Of a DNA stretch of 64,000 nucleotides, positions 1 to 14,030 are shown in pieces. The notes beneath the pieces were generated by a model that saw only the letters and a program-made list of their open reading frames with translations, was not told where the DNA came from and did no database searches. This stretch comes from Lama guanicoe (taxonomy: Eukaryota). The stretch spans positions 3,581,490-3,645,489 of the forward strand of contig MU053758.1 in assembly GCA_013239625.1 (NCBI GenBank), given 5' to 3'. A program made the translations under genes and the position numbers. Position 1 is the first letter of the stretch; the number at the start of each line of letters is the position of its first letter.

Positions 1-1301
1 GCTTTGTGCCTTTTTAATGTAGATCCTGAGTCTTGGGTGGTATCTCACTGTGGTCCCCACTTGTCAAGCATCTGCACTCACACACTGCGTTGTGAGCATC
101 CATGATGAAATGTATGTTTTGGCTCATTCTGGCTATTTATAATAGTTCTAATTGTATTTCTCGGTAACTTAGGGTTTATTTACATTTCTCTTCTTTTCCA
201 AGTATTAAAAAAGAAAGGAAGAAAAGAATCCTTAGTGATGTGGAGTTAAAATCAGAATTTTGCGCTGACTTTTATTTTTGTGTGTCTTTGTTCAGCAGGT
301 TATAATCTAACATGTCCTGCTTGTTTTGAGTGACACACCCATCACATTCCTTCCCTCCCTCCTGTGAGTTACTCTAGTGATTATACTATAGTTAATTTAC
401 TCTTCTTAAGATTGGGATGGAACTTGAAAGGCTATCCCTAGGTTAGGCGCTCTAGTGTAATGTAATATTGTTAGGGAAAGAACAGGGGTTAATTTCAGAA
501 AACCAGTCTCAGTTTTTGTTTCCTTCATTCAAAGTTGGGGGGCGGTTGGGGGGCACTTAGCTCTTTCATCACTGGAAACTGTCTCCATGGAATCTCTCCA
601 TGGTTCTCTCTCAATCTACATGGTTCAGAAAGTGCACCTTGGGATGTTTCTTGTGTACGCACTTGAAACAGAATAGCTGTTAGACTCCAGGCCCAAACTC
701 TGCAACAGACTTCATTTCATTTAAGGAAAATGAGACAACTTTTAGAAATGACAACAAAAGAAGCTATTTCAAAGTCAAATTAATCATAAAAGAAATAGGA
801 ATCTTACAGGCTCAGAGGTAACTTACTTAGAAAATACAAGATTAAGAATCAAAAGTAAAATTGTAATAATTCCCACTTCAGTAAACAAATATAGATATTA
901 ATCTGGGAAAATAAGGGGTATTCTATAACTAGAGAAATTTAGACTATTAAGAATTGTTGGTTGTGATTGATCAAAGAGATGTTTGCAACATTTCAGTTTC
1001 TTGTTGTAACTCCAGCTTAGAGATCTTGGCAAACAATGACAAGATCTACGTTCCCAAAGAGATTCTAGGTCAGTCCTTTAATCTAATGCATCTTTAAAAA
1101 CTAAATCCTCAAGGCTGATTGTTCAGGCCCAAGTAACTGCAATTGCTCAACATTTGTACAGAACAATGTTTTCCCCAGTTGCTTCATTATTCTGATATCC
1201 TTTTTCCTACCTTTTACTCTAACTTTGAATAATCTTTCTAACTACAATGGGCCTTCCTGTTTAATCTCCTAATAATCTCAACTCATCTTAAAACCTCTTG
1301 T

Positions 1302-1425
1302 GGGGAGGGTATAGCTCAGTGGTAGAGCACATGCTTAGCATGCGTCAGGTCCTGGGTTCCATCCTCAGTACCTTCATTAAAAAGTAAATAAATAAACAAA
1401 CAAACAAAGCAAATTACCTCCCCCC
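1302..1425 (+). mobile_element. tRNA-derived SINE (Vic-1-like)
   Basis: ggggagggtatagctcagtggtagag A-box, gggttccatcc B-box, (TAAA/CAAA) tail. Confidence 0.85.
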
Positions 1426-2744
1426 TTCTGACTGATATGAGCCCTGAGTCCTTTCAATATTCCCCTTAAGAAAGCATTTTACGTGTTTACGAAGCACTTC
1501 CAATCTCCCCACTTATCCTGTGACCAGCATGCATATTAATACTCTTATTTGGACTATGAGGATCATCTAAGGGTGTCTGCAATGTAGGACAGAATAACTG
1601 AGCCAGGTTTTATGTGTTTGTGTCTGTGATCAGTTGCAGGTTTGGATCAGAATTGTCCTTTCATTCCTATGTAGTAGTTCTCTACCCACTCGCTCCATTA
1701 GATGCAGGCAACACTTGCGGGGTGGTGGGGGGGCTTCTGGTTAAAAGGCTAATTATTGGGATTTTGGTTCTTTTTATTATGAAGCTGAACTCCCAATAAT
1801 TCATTCATAAGGAAGGACTAAATTAAGTGGAATTTTAAAAGGCTCAGTTTATCAACCTGACACAGTTGCAAACATGGGCATGTTTCATAATGGATATCAT
1901 GATTCAGACATAGACCTTTTACCTTGGACCCTCAAATCCCTTGAGATCTGGTATTTATGCCATCAGTCCACTCCTCTCCCTTTTCTTAGACCTTTAGTGC
2001 CTCAAATCTCCAGTCCTTTGTCTGAGCTGCTCAAGGCTGCGCTGCCCCTTGACTTCTGCCAGTTCCCCCAGACCCATAAATCCAACCCACAACTTGGGTC
2101 ACTCTCTTTTTCTCCCTCCAGCCACCCTATTACCTAGAATTTATGGGAAGATCGAAAGAATATATTTTTAAAATGTGCCTATGTACAAATGTTAATGGAA
2201 ACAAGGCCCTGGCAATTCCTGCCCAGTCTCAAAACTGACACAACAAGCTCTACTCAACCTCTCCTGACACCAGGGAAATCTCTCAGTTAGAGGCCTTGAT
2301 AGGAGGGGTACAATCCTGTGTTATTTCTCCCCAGAACTTCTTTTTTAAGGGTCATTGATTTACAGCACCAACATGGGCCATTATCAGACTCTTTCTCCAT
2401 GCCCAAACCATAAATCCCCCCCCAAAAAAAGTCTAAATTGTATAGGTAGTTGTAAACTTGATAAGGAAAGCATGCAAGCTTCGCCTCTCCTTTGTTATGC
2501 CTGTGTTCACAGTGGTTGTAACTGTCCCTGGCCAGAAAGCCTTCAGATCCTCCTAAACAAAACATTCCTTATCCAAGATAAGAGTATAATTAAAAAAAAA
2601 AAAAAACAAGTTCTTTAGCCTCATTCAGATTCTTGCTTGGAGCAAAGATTAAGATGGAAAGGAACAAATTTCAAGTAATCTTGTACCACTTAGGATTGAT
2701 TTCCAGCAAAGTTAACCCAGTTCTCTCTAAGCATTCCTGTTTAA

Positions 2745-2826
2745 CTGCCCAATGGTAATAAATATAGCAAAGCATAAATATACCTCTGCCCAATGGTAAT
2801 AAATATAGCAAAGCATAAATATACCT
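2745..2826. repeat. Perfect 41-bp tandem duplication
   Basis: ctgcccaatggtaataaatatagcaaagcataaatatacct x2. Confidence 0.95.
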
Positions 2827-4519
2827 AATATACAGAACAAACAACTAAGTAAGACCCCCCTCCTCAAAAAAGTATTTTTCCCCACCAAATGACTTATAAG
2901 AAGAATAAGATTTCACTTAAGATCCATTGGTAGAATTATGATCATGACTTAAGAAAAGAGGACATCTCAGTATTACTTACATATGTAAAGGATAATATCT
3001 GAACAGAATTGCATAGAAAGAAAATTGAAAAGAGGGATTAATAGCTCTAAATGGGTGTAAACAGTGTGGAGAACATTTAGTTTCTCTAAATGAGTTCGAG
3101 TTTACTGACCTTAGCCAAAATACTTCTCAAATACTAAGATACCTTCCAAGTGAGGACACTAAACCTTTGTTGATGATATTTGAAAATCTGAAAAATTGTG
3201 GGGAATCTGAGACATAAAGAGATAGGTGGGTATCCGCATCAGAGAGGATTTTTGTACACTCTGAGCTGACTGGAATAAGAAACGGACTCGCAGGAACTGG
3301 CGACTGTCCCAGTGTTTGCAATCTATGCATTTGAATTAGAAAAGCTGTTTTTGTTCACTGACCCTTAATAACTTACAGTGTCCATTGCACAACAGTATAT
3401 TATTGCTGTTGTTGTTGTTTGCCATAGCATTTGTAGCATTTTCTGTATTTCAAATTATTGAGTCTTCATTCTGTTTAGTGCCTGAATTGCCTCTTCCTCC
3501 TTCTTCTCTTTGCTCTAAACTGGTAAATATTAACTCCCTTTGTGCAGATCCGTCCTAAGAAAGGTGCGCCTGGTGCTTCCATGCTGGACCTCTTTGCCTT
3601 GAGTGACATCCTCTTCCCTTCCCCTCTTTTCTGATAGTTCAGTTCAACGGTGTCACATCTTTTTCTGATGCTTTGAGATACATGTAAAACAGGCCACTTA
3701 CATTTATTCCTCTGGCGGAGTAATACATTATCAGGGAAATAACAGGATTTGATTTAAAACACATCTTAGTCTTCACTGACCTTGTCAAAAAGTTGGGCTT
3801 TCGGGCCACTAGTGGTAGTTTGGGTTGAATGTCATTAGAAACTGGAGAGGCAAAAAAAGAAGGAAAGAAAAAAAGAAACAAGGATTCCTAGTGAGTTGGA
3901 TGCAGGCTGCAGTCTTTTGAGGGTCTGATCTTCTCCCAAATTCCGTTTGAAACCAAGGGCAGTCATCAGTTAGATCCCTTAAACTATAACTTGCTTGATA
4001 AATAATATCTTATAATCTGCCTTCACTGAAAAAAAAGAAAGAAAAAAATTGGAGAGGCATAAGATTCTCCATCCCCATCATCCACCCCTGCTGATTGTCT
4101 AAATAATTGGTTAATTTTTCCACCTCTAAAAATGTCTGTCTTTCACCCTTCTTCATCAGGCTTGTAATTTGTTTTCCTCCCACAATGGTCATTTGAATTG
4201 TGTTCTATGCAACTAAGACATTCACCTAATAAACTCTACTCATCTCCCATGTCTTCTAGTGACCTAGACTATGTGTACAGTATGAGACTAGAAGTGGACA
4301 ACATTTTCATAAGCCCTTAGATTTAGTAGCTATTTAATATTTTACAAAATTCTTCTACATCTATTCCCGCACCACAAAGGCAAGAGGCCAAATTTTTTAA
4401 CTAATATTTTTTTATAATTATTTTAAAGATACATATAAACACTAAAATTATCAAATACCTGAAAGAATACTTTTAAGAATATTTAAAACATTTTGTATTT
4501 CACAAATCAGGTAGCTTAT

Positions 4520-4960
4520 TTTTTAATTGACTTTACTTTTTAGAATATGAATAATTTTACAGAAAAATTGCACAGCAAGTAATGAGTTTCCAGATGCCCC
4601 CTCTACCCTAACCACACAAAGTTCCCCAGGTTATTAACACCTCGCATTAGTGTGGAATATTTGTTACAAACTCTGAACCAATACTGATGCATTATTATTA
4701 ACTAAATTGCATAGTTTACATGAGGGTTTACTTTTTGTGTTGTACAGTTCTATTACGAGTGAATCATTGTGTTTCCACCATTAAGATATAAAGAATAGTT
4801 TCACCATCCTAAAATCCTCTGTGTGCCACCTGTTCATCCCTCTCCCCCTCCCCCTAAACCCCTGGCAACCACTTATCTTTATTCTATTTCTACAGCTTTG
4901 GCTTTCCAGAATGTCATGTTGTTGAAATCATACAATATGTAGCATTTTCAGTCTGGCTTG
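4520..4960 (-). mobile_element. Old L1 3' fragment (antisense)
   Basis: cccctggcaaccact...ttccagaatgtcat motif; boundaries approximate. Confidence 0.7.
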
Positions 4961-6759
4961 CAAGAGGCCAAATTTGAAGACATGGAGCTAGGATTATGGC
5001 CCCCACTCTGAGCTGCCTTAGAGTCTAAGTAAGGGGCCCACCTAAGGAGCAATTCTCTGATTTTGTTTGTGAGAGCTCTGGACTAGACATCATAAAATCA
5101 TTATCATCAAATATTTCTCCAGCTCCAGCAAGGTACAGGGCATTGCCCAGAAGTTTCTGAGAAAGTGGATTATAAGAGGAAATTTTCTTCCTGATGTTAT
5201 GGGATCTGTTGTTATAAGATGAACCCACTTATACGGGCAAATCCATGAGATCAACAAAAATAACACTAAATGTCATACATCACACAGATGGGAAAATGCC
5301 ACATGTTATGTTTGGGACTCAGAGGCTCTTTATCCATATCTTTTGAGCCATTTGTATGTCTCAGACACTGCCTTCCGTTCTACTTCCCTTATTTATAGCT
5401 GCTGGGATGACTCCCTGTAGATCTTTAGTTTCAAAATTGACCTTTATGAGGTTGTCTCAGTCATCACACAAATTCTTTTGCCCCCAACCTTCTTTATCAA
5501 GATCCACTATGCCAATCTCACGCTTGGGATTATGAAGAGAAGATAAATAATAAAATAGCTTTTGTTCTTCAGGAATGGAATTTCTCAGGACAGTCTAACA
5601 TGTACCCTAGTTGTTAAATAGATTTCAAAAGAATCAGAAAAATGACAGGCAAGATTTCATTCCAAAAGACACTGACAGAAAGAATAGCTTAAGTTGTCTT
5701 AATTTTTTTAAAAAATGTTTTCCTATGTGTGATGATTGTCTTAATGCCTTTAAAATACTTCCCAGTGTATAAAGGTACCTGAGTTATAAGGAGCTGTGTA
5801 TTAGGATCTGACTGAAAAAGGCCAAGTAGGGAATATGTTAGTTTGAACCATATGAAATTTTCATTTTTGTAGATCAAAAACAATGGATAATCTGCAGTTG
5901 AATATCTGAGGAGTAACAGAAGTGGTTCCTTACAGGAGGACAGATGCCACCACATTCAAATCCTGGCAAATTTCCTGGTGGGGGCTAATTTAGAATATAG
6001 TACTTAATTACATTAGAAAGTGTGTTTAATTACACAGAAAGGTTCATGAACTGGTCATTAAACAGGGATGGTACATACCCATGAGAAAAATGAAGGAAGC
6101 TCCAGATGCTCACAAAGGAAAAAAAATAGAAAACAGAAAACACATAGGAAGATGTGTTGTTTATAAAATGATTGTAAGCAAAGTAAGGATGCTGCCACAC
6201 AGGACAAAAGTGTTACTTTGAGTGGATAATCTTGTGTGTGTGCTTGAGATATAGAAACCGATGCTCCTTTTTATTTTTCTTCCATCTTTCAAATAGGGAA
6301 GACAACCAGTTATCTGTGCAGGGAAAGAGAAGCCCAAGATTAGGGCATAATAAACAGAAAGCAGTAGTTTGCCCCAGGGAAGTGGGATTCAGGGGGAGTT
6401 TTAATGGACCAGATCTTTCCAATTTTTTTATGCATTGTTTTCTACATCAAGCATCAGCTATTTTTATAATAAAAGAAAAATGAAGAGTGTAATGTGTCCT
6501 TCTGAACCAAATGGGAAAACCTGTAACAGTGAGAAAGAGAGAGGAGAGAGAAAGAAAAGAGAGTTCAGCTCCTTTTGATTTGAATAAGGAAATCATACCT
6601 TATTTCAAAACAGCACCAAGAAGTTTAATATGAAGTCAGCTCCTCAGTGTGGGCTTGAAAAAATTTTTTGCTTAATGCATTTGCAACCTCTCCTCATCCA
6701 ACTCATGATCCATGAGCTGTCAACATATCAGCATCTGGCAATGAAAATCCAGGCTTGTA

Positions 6760-7371
6760 AAAGGGGTTTGATCTCCTTAGTTCATGCTGAGACCTTCAAA
6801 AACTTTTCCTTTGCTTTCACATCCTGGTTAACTTTTTGGTGCAAGAGGTCCAGCTTTTAACATGCCTTCCTCGGTAAACTTAATCATTTCTAGCTTTTGA
6901 CCTAAAATGAGAGACTTAGCAACTCTCCATTGCACTTGAACACTTAGAGGCCATTGTAGGGTTATTAACTGGCATAATATCAATATCATTGTGTCTCAGG
7001 GAATAGGGGAGCCCAAGAGGAAGGAAAGAGATGGGGGAATGGCCGGTGACAGGGTGGGGCAGCCAGAATACACACATCTTAAGTTCACCATCTTATATGG
7101 GAATGATTTGTGGCATCCGAAAACAGTTACAATTGTAACATCAAAAATCACTGGTGACAGATCACTATAACAAATAATAATAATGAAAAAGTTTGAAATA
7201 TTACAAAAATTACCAGAATGTGACCCAGAGACATGAAGTGAGCAAATGCTGCTGGAAAAATGGCACCATTAGACTTGCTCCACACAGGGTTGCCACAGAC
7301 TTTCAGTTAACAAAAAATGCAAAATCTGCCAAGCACGATAAAGCGAAGTGCAGTACAACATGATGTGCCTG
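6760..7371 (+). mobile_element. Tigger1 DNA transposon right end
   Basis: Ends aagcgaagtgcagtacaacatgatgtgcctg followed by TA; left boundary approximate. Confidence 0.75.
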
Positions 7372-8249
7372 TATTTTAATCAAAATATCCCTGTACTTTT
7401 AAAATTGCTTCCCTACCTGGGACATAAATATAAATAAAGATTTAGTTATAAGCATGTTTAGGCTTGGCAAAACACTGTTTATAAAAGGAGGTTCAGATGT
7501 TTCATGAACAAGTTCTAGCAAACCTAAAAGGAGTTAATAAGTGCTTTGTTATTTAAACTGTTGCCAAGCATAGGAGGAGATACAAGACTTCCCAACACAC
7601 CTTTTACACTTAACGTGTTTAAAACATGCAGTTTGCATGTTGGCAAGTGGCCAGTGAAAAACTCGTGTCAGTACAACAGAGATAAAAAAGAAAAAGATAA
7701 AAAGAATAAGATGATCAAAAAAAAAAAACACTGCAAAATGAAATTTGAAGTTCCAAGTATGTCAAGAATTAAGAATTAAGCAAATTATTTAGGGAGATGT
7801 ACCTCCTTAAAGTTACCATGTAAGGAACATTGTTGAAAATTCTATTCAAGATGGAAGTAAGATGCATTCCACTTCCCAGAGCTTCATCCTTCCTCCGGCA
7901 TGACTGAGAAATCTCCATGGAAGGTGTAGGGGAGGGAATTTAAATGTGGTATCCATCAAAATGTCATTTCTAGAAGACATTTCATCCATGGTAATTTTGC
8001 AATACCAAGGGCCCTCCCCCCACCCCCCTTTTTTTTTCTTCTCTTTAATTTTCTGTTTGGACTTCATTTGCAAAAAAATTGAATCAGTTATATTCTTTAT
8101 TGGCACATTATCATCTTCAGTCCTTGCAAGATCGCTCTTATTTATTTATTTTTCCTTTATGTAGTTCTATATCAATTCATGTAATTCCTGCTCCCCTGAT
8201 GCCCCATCCTTTTCCTATAGGTGGCTGTTTTATTCTGTTGATGCAAATT

Positions 8250-8366
8250 CTCCAGCAGGCAGCCTTCTCCTGGGTCTCCAGCCTGTCAGCCCACACTTTG
8301 GCCCCCCACTACAGATTTGGACTTGCCAGCCTCCATAATTACATGAGCCAATTCCTCTCAATGGAT

Positions 8367-8427
<61 letters not shown>

Positions 8428-8471
8428 CAGACAGACAAATAGACTGATAGATCTAGAACCAGTCTAATACA
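8250..8471 (+). mobile_element. MLT2-like LTR 3' part containing a GATA repeat
   Basis: ggacttgccagcctccataattacatgagccaattcc...ctaataca. Confidence 0.6.
8368..8437. repeat. (GATA)n then (GACA)n microsatellite
   Basis: Direct reading. Confidence 0.95.
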
Positions 8472-9633
8472 ACACCCAAGGAAGGAATCACCACTTCCTA
8501 CCTACCCACTCCTTATTCTCTTAGTGGTGGACAACAGATTTCCTTTAAAATTCATGTCATTACAGAAATGCCACAGTGACCATCCTCATACATGTCTCTT
8601 TATGGACCTGGGTAAGAATTTTTTGGGTTAGATACCTAAATCAGTTTGCAGACCCCAAGTCCCTTGATTAAAAAGGGGGCCAGATCCCCTTCAGGAAAGA
8701 CTCTGCACCATTGCTGCAAGCACACACTGTACATCTTTCTCTAAGCTTCCCCCAAAATAAAACCAATCCAAAAAAATGTTTAGATTCAGTAATTACACCC
8801 TAGAAATACAAAATTCGGTCAAAAGTCCCCTTAGACTAATTGTTTTTTCAACTGTCTCTTGAAAGTCAAAACCATAGCAAACACCTGCCCAAAATTCCTA
8901 AAGACTTTTTAACTTTATTTAAATTGGCCAATCAGATGAATTGATCATTAAAACTAATTTTAAGTGACTTAACCCTTAGTTATTCTCCATGGTCGAAACC
9001 TCATGTTTATTTTCATCTGTGGCTTCCCTGGACCGATTCTGGCTTTGGCTGCCCAAGTCTATTCACTGTCGGGGAACTGAGGCCACCCAACTCAAAAGAG
9101 CGCTTGGTAAAGTGTAAAGGAAGCCAGGGCACTGTTTGTCCTCACTTCCTTCCAGCTTGAGCATCTATATTTCTAGACACAAACTACCCTTGCAGAGGAA
9201 TGCAGACACACTGACTCAGAGGACCCAAAGTCATTGTGTTCAAATGAGAACTGAAGGAAATCGACATAGGGGTGTATTGAAAGGAATGAAAGCACTCTGA
9301 GAGGCTTTGTTATGATTAACCAGTCACGTTTTTATCAGCAGCTGGCAGCAAAAGAGTCTTCTTAACGACTTGGCAGCATCAAAAGAAAGAAAAACTAGAG
9401 GAAAGGTTTTTCTGAAATGAAATGATGACATCAGGAAACGCAAGCTCTAGCTTGGACCATGCTTGCTGAAAGGTTATCCTCAGTTAAGAAGGATCTCTTA
9501 GTGGATGGACAAGTTCCTTCATCAGCACCTGGAGAGAAGAGGGGGCCAGACTCAGAGTAAAGTTAGCAAGCATGGGGTGGCTATGCACTTGCAGACAGTG
9601 GCAGACCTCAGAGGAGGTGTAAAGAGTGCTCTC

Positions 9634-10483
9634 TCAATGAAATGTCACTGTACTGAAGCTGGACTCCTGGCTGGGTTGGCAGGAAGTTGGCTAGCAGGTG
9701 CTGGCCTGGCAGACTTGGGGCAGTGGTTCGGAAGCGATTGGAACCTCCACTGGATGATTTGCCAGAACCTGTCACACAGCAAGCTTGTTGGCAGGAAGGG
9801 GATTTGCAGGCACTTTGATTGCAGGAAGTAGGTTCACCACAAGTTGGTTGGCCAGAAGGGACAGTGCTGCAGGAAGCTGGTTTGCAAGGGTTCTTTACAG
9901 AACAAGGGTTAGCCACTGGCTGGCAGATGAAGGTTATGGATGGAACTGGTGGGCAGTGAAGTGTCTGGCAAGGGGAGGAGAAACAGCAAGCAGGATTGCA
10001 AGAACAGAAAACACAAGGACACAGCTGGTGGGGCACAGGCACGCAAGGAACTGATTGACAAGACTTAAAAAAGTAGCAGACAGGTTGGTAATAAGTTGAT
10101 TGGCAGGGCTGGTCTTCACCACTAATTAGTTGACATGAACGTGCTTGGCAGCAAGTTGGCTGGCATAGACTAGCTGCACGGATGGCTGGTGGGCAAGGTG
10201 TTGCAGGACAGAAAGTTGCCTCAGAGCAGGATGGGTGGCAGGACCTATGTCACAGCAGACTGATAGGCCACAGGCTGCCTGGCATGACCCAGACAGGTAG
10301 ACAGGTTCCTGGCAGGAGTTCTGTTGGCAGGGGCTGGCTTCACAACACTTTCCCCGACTGCCAGTGGTTTCCGAGCAGGAGGGCTCGCCCGAGCTAACCA
10401 GACAAGGAGACTGACCAGTGCCAGATTCACAGGAGCACCGCTGGAATGGCAGTGGCGTTTCCGGGACAACAGCTATCCACCAT
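9634..10483 (-). pseudogene. KRTAP29-1: Keratin-associated protein 29-1, disrupted
   Basis: ATG at 10483 gives MVDSCCPGNATAIPAVLL then TGA (10427-10429). Other frames continue with CESGTGQSPCLVSS...SGSCQAACGLSVCCD, then SCHPSCSE...QPCQSTYYQPVCY...PVPHQLCPCVFCSCNPACC...GSN, then PTSCQPSQESSFSTVTFH* (TGA 9634-9636). These match KRTAP29-1 as I recall it. Position next to KRTAP16-1 fits. Confidence 0.88.
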
Positions 10484-10559
10484 GGTGCCGGTGCTTACCT
10501 TGCCAGGAGGTTCCAACCTCAGTATCCCTGAGTTTGAAAGACATCTGATATGTGGGGGC

Positions 10560-10566
10560 TTTTATA
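10560..10566 (-). promoter_or_regulatory. TATA box (TATAAAA) of KRTAP29-1
   Basis: Plus-strand ttttata, 77 nt upstream of the ATG. Confidence 0.75.
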
Positions 10567-11013
10567 GTCCTTCGCTAGGGGTGTTGGCATGATGGAGCAT
10601 CTTTCCTTGTTAAGGTTGCCACACATTTGCATACAAACATCTGATTAGGAGGATTCAGGAGCTTGGGAGGTGTCCCCAGTTTAAAAACTCATCTGTTGAG
10701 TTAGTCATTTTCATGGCCGAGTTTGGGCTACCTTGCCACTGCTCCAGCTCTGGGATAAGCTGTCTCTTTTACAGCTTGTTCTCGGCCTCTCTGAAGCAGG
10801 CCTCTTCCCAATGCTAACCTCTCATCAGAAGGCTACAGCCCAGCCGAAACAGCCTGCTCCTCTGCCAGGAATGCAGTACCGCACCATTCAGCCAGGAAAT
10901 GAAGCTCTGACCCAGTTGAGGGAGGCTGATATCAGAGATGGCACACAGAAAATCAGGTAGTGCATCCCAAGGGACTCTGCAGTGGGGACCTGGTCATAGG
11001 AAGGAACCCCTTT

Positions 11014-11382
11014 GTGTTCTATTACAAGTTAATCACTAAAGGATATTGCCTATAAGGCTAAATTCTAAAATACTTTTGTTTAGCTCATGGGAAGCATCCT
11101 GACCAGGCCCAGCTGTGAATGACTGCAGGAAGAAAGAAATTAGCACATCCCCACTGGAGGATGACCGGAATGAGGAAATGTTTGACTACTCCCTCCTCTT
11201 TTAGTACAAAAGAAGCCTGAATTCTAACTCAAGCAAGGTGGTTCTTTGGGACACTAGTCCACCATCTTCCCGGTCTGCTGGCTTTCTGAAAAAAGTAAGT
11301 CACTATTCCTTGCCCCAACAACTCATCTCTAGATTTATTGGCCTGTCATGCATCGAGCAGTACGAGCTTGGACTTGGTAACA
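11014..11382 (+). mobile_element. LTR fragment (ERV1-like)
   Basis: Ends ...gagcttggacttggtaaca like the other LTRs; left boundary uncertain. Confidence 0.6.
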
Positions 11383-11439
11383 ACCTCTTTCTAGAACCTT
11401 CTTGTTTGGCTCTCCTGAAACTCAACTTTACTAGTACCA

Positions 11440-11700
11440 CCAATAATAATAACACTAGTAACAGCGTCCATTTATAGCATACTTACTATGTACCAAGTCC
11501 TTGACCTTTTTTCATTGAATCTTTGCAATGATCCTAGTTCATAAGTGCAATTGTCACCATTGTGGTAGATGTAGCAAAACTAACTCAGAGAGTTTAAATC
11601 ATGTTCCCAAAATTATGCAAATAATAAGGGATGGAAACAGAATTCAAACCTAGGTTGGGCCAACCCCAAAAGCTTTGATCTTAACCACCTACTATGCCTC
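11440..11700 (-). mobile_element. MIR
   Basis: catttatagcatacttactatgtacca...ctcagagagtttaa...gaattcaaacctagg. Confidence 0.6.
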
Positions 11701-12369
11701 CCAACTTTGGAGGTGGGGAGGGAGACTCTAACATAGTGATTGAAGGTTGACATTTGTGCAGCAGCGCTGGCTCAAGGGCAGGTGATCCAGGCCCTCTGCT
11801 GGGGGTCCTCTGCCCACTCTAATGACTGTAACCATCAGCTAAATCAAACTGGTATGTGTACTTATCTCTACTTACCAATATACCTGAAGACAATTTTTTA
11901 ATTTGGAAATTTAAAATTGCAAAATGTTTCATCAAGAAAGATTAACACAACTTTGTAAAATGACTATTACTCAATAAAAAAGAAAAGAAAGAAAGATTAA
12001 ACTCATGCTGTGGGGTAAATGGCATATGAATTCTATAAATATAAAACACAGCAAGTAGCAGTGATACAAAGACATCTCTGCAAAGTCGTTTTTGTGTCAA
12101 ATCAACTTCTTCCAAGAGAGATTCATGAGGGGCTTTGTGGATTCTTCCCCTCTTCCTTCGGGCTGGTCCCGGCTCTGCATCACCAGCCAATTTCAGCATC
12201 CCACACTGGTCCACATCCTGGCCTGATTCACGCTGGAGGTACATGATGGAATGGAAAGATCATGGCTTTGGGATCCAGTGGGGCTAGTCTTGATTTCTGG
12301 CTCTGCCACAGACTCACTTTGCTGGACATGTTAGCTCACTACCCAGGTGTTCAAAGTACTGAGTGTCAT

Positions 12370-12459
12370 GGGCTGGGAAGAGCTCAATGGTAGAATCCAT
12401 GCATAGCATGCACGGGGTCCTGGGTTCAATCCCCAGTACTGCTATTTGGAAAAAAAAAA
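12370..12459 (+). mobile_element. tRNA-derived SINE (Vic-1-like)
   Basis: A/B boxes, poly(A), imperfect TSD aaagtactga(g/t)tgt. Confidence 0.8.
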
Positions 12460-13014
12460 GTACTGATTGTTCATCAATTGTATGGCTATTGCTCAGGTCA
12501 CTTTTATTATTATGGTCTGCCTCACAATCATTGAAAGTGCTGGAAACTACTTTTCAAAGTACCAGTTGCAAAATACCTTCTCCTTGCGCTCATTTTAAAA
12601 GGAAGAGAAATTTTTCTGATCACAGTAGTGTCTGAAAAATCCTCACCCTGGTCATTAAAATGCCTTTCCTCTGCCATCGCTTTTCACATCATAGCATTGA
12701 TTACTTCTTTTGTCCTCCCATGTCTTTGCTGTTCATTTTAGCATCTTGCAAACCCTGCACTGTGTTTTATTCCTAAACATCTACATCCCAAAGCTCTCAT
12801 CTCCCAGGAGGAAGTACTGTTGGTGTCACCAAATAGGTCAGTCAAAATGGGAACATGAACTTATTTGAGAAACCATGCAAATTTCCATCTGACAAAGATG
12901 CCTATATCTTATACCCATACATACCACTTTCATTGTTTCAGAGCAATCCATTTTTACATCTACTTTTCTCTGATTCTGCACTTGCCTCTATTCCTCTTAA
13001 AGAAAACACTCAAT

Positions 13015-13300
13015 AGGCTGGTAAAAAGGGTACAAACTTTCAGCTCTAAGATGAATAAGGACTGAAGATCTAATGTTTAGTGTGGTGACTATAGTTGATA
13101 ACATTGTATTATATAATGGAAATTTGCTAAAAGAACTTGAATGTTATCACACACAAAAAAGATAAATATGTGAGGTGGTGGATATGCAGATGAATTAGGT
13201 GGGAAGAATCTTTTCACAATATTATATACATCAAATCATCACAATCTATGCTTTCAATGTCTCACAATTTTGTCAATTATCCCTAAATAAAACTGAAAAA
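13015..13300 (+). mobile_element. L1 3' end fragment
   Basis: gggtacaaactttcagct...gtgactatagttgataac...aataaaactgaaaaa. Confidence 0.7.
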
Positions 13301-13527
13301 CAACCCTCCCAGTAGAAAGAACTTTCATTTTGCCATGGTGCAAGATGGTAAGGACATCTGATGTACCACCAGGAGTTGTTGTGATCACATTAAGCTGTTG
13401 TGATTTCATGTTGGTGCGTGAAAACACAAGCTTGGACAGAACTGCAGTTTGGTGTGTTACTTACTGGCTGTGATTATGCTGAATTTTGTGTTTGTCATTC
13501 CCCTGTGAATAGATAGATACAGATATA

Positions 13528-13529
<2 letters not shown>

Positions 13530-13570
<41 letters not shown>
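13530..13570. repeat. (TA)n microsatellite
   Basis: Direct reading. Confidence 0.95.
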
Positions 13571-13581
<11 letters not shown>

Positions 13582-14030
13582 ACACATGCCTACTCATACA
13601 TATGTATATGTATGTATGTGTGTGTTGGTTTTGACCTTTAAATATGTATGTGATCTCTGGGGCTTGTTCATACCAATCAATATCACAGTAGTAAGGTTCA
13701 CCCATTTTGTTTCATGTAGCCATTGTCCAGGTGTCTTCACTATAGTGTAATAACTATTGTGTGAATGAATATACTACAATTTTCTCATCTCTGTTGATGG
13801 GCATTTGAATCATTTATCCTTCAAATTATTCATCTATAAAATAGGGAAAAAGAAATCTTATTTCACAGAATTGCCATGATTTACATGAAATACTGAGTCT
13901 GTGCTGGGATCAGAGATTTAAAACCCTTGCCAACTCATCTCTTGACTCTGGAAGGAACTGGAAATAAATCCCAACACCAATGTGTAGGATAAGTTTCACT
14001 TTTGACTTTCTCCCTCTGCCATTGTCTAGC

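Noticed and set aside
1302..1375. tRNA gene
   Set aside because: A-rich tail, several diverged copies and TSDs on sister copies indicate a SINE
5025..5460. Minus-strand TATAAAT (5391-5397) with nearby ATG and TTTATGAG, possible decayed KRTAP
   Set aside because: No Cys-rich or otherwise recognisable coding remnant downstream; would need a homology search
9608..10042. 144-aa ORF as a functional short KRTAP
   Set aside because: Starts at GTG, is an internal fragment of the pseudogene, and drifts out of the ancestral frame at its end
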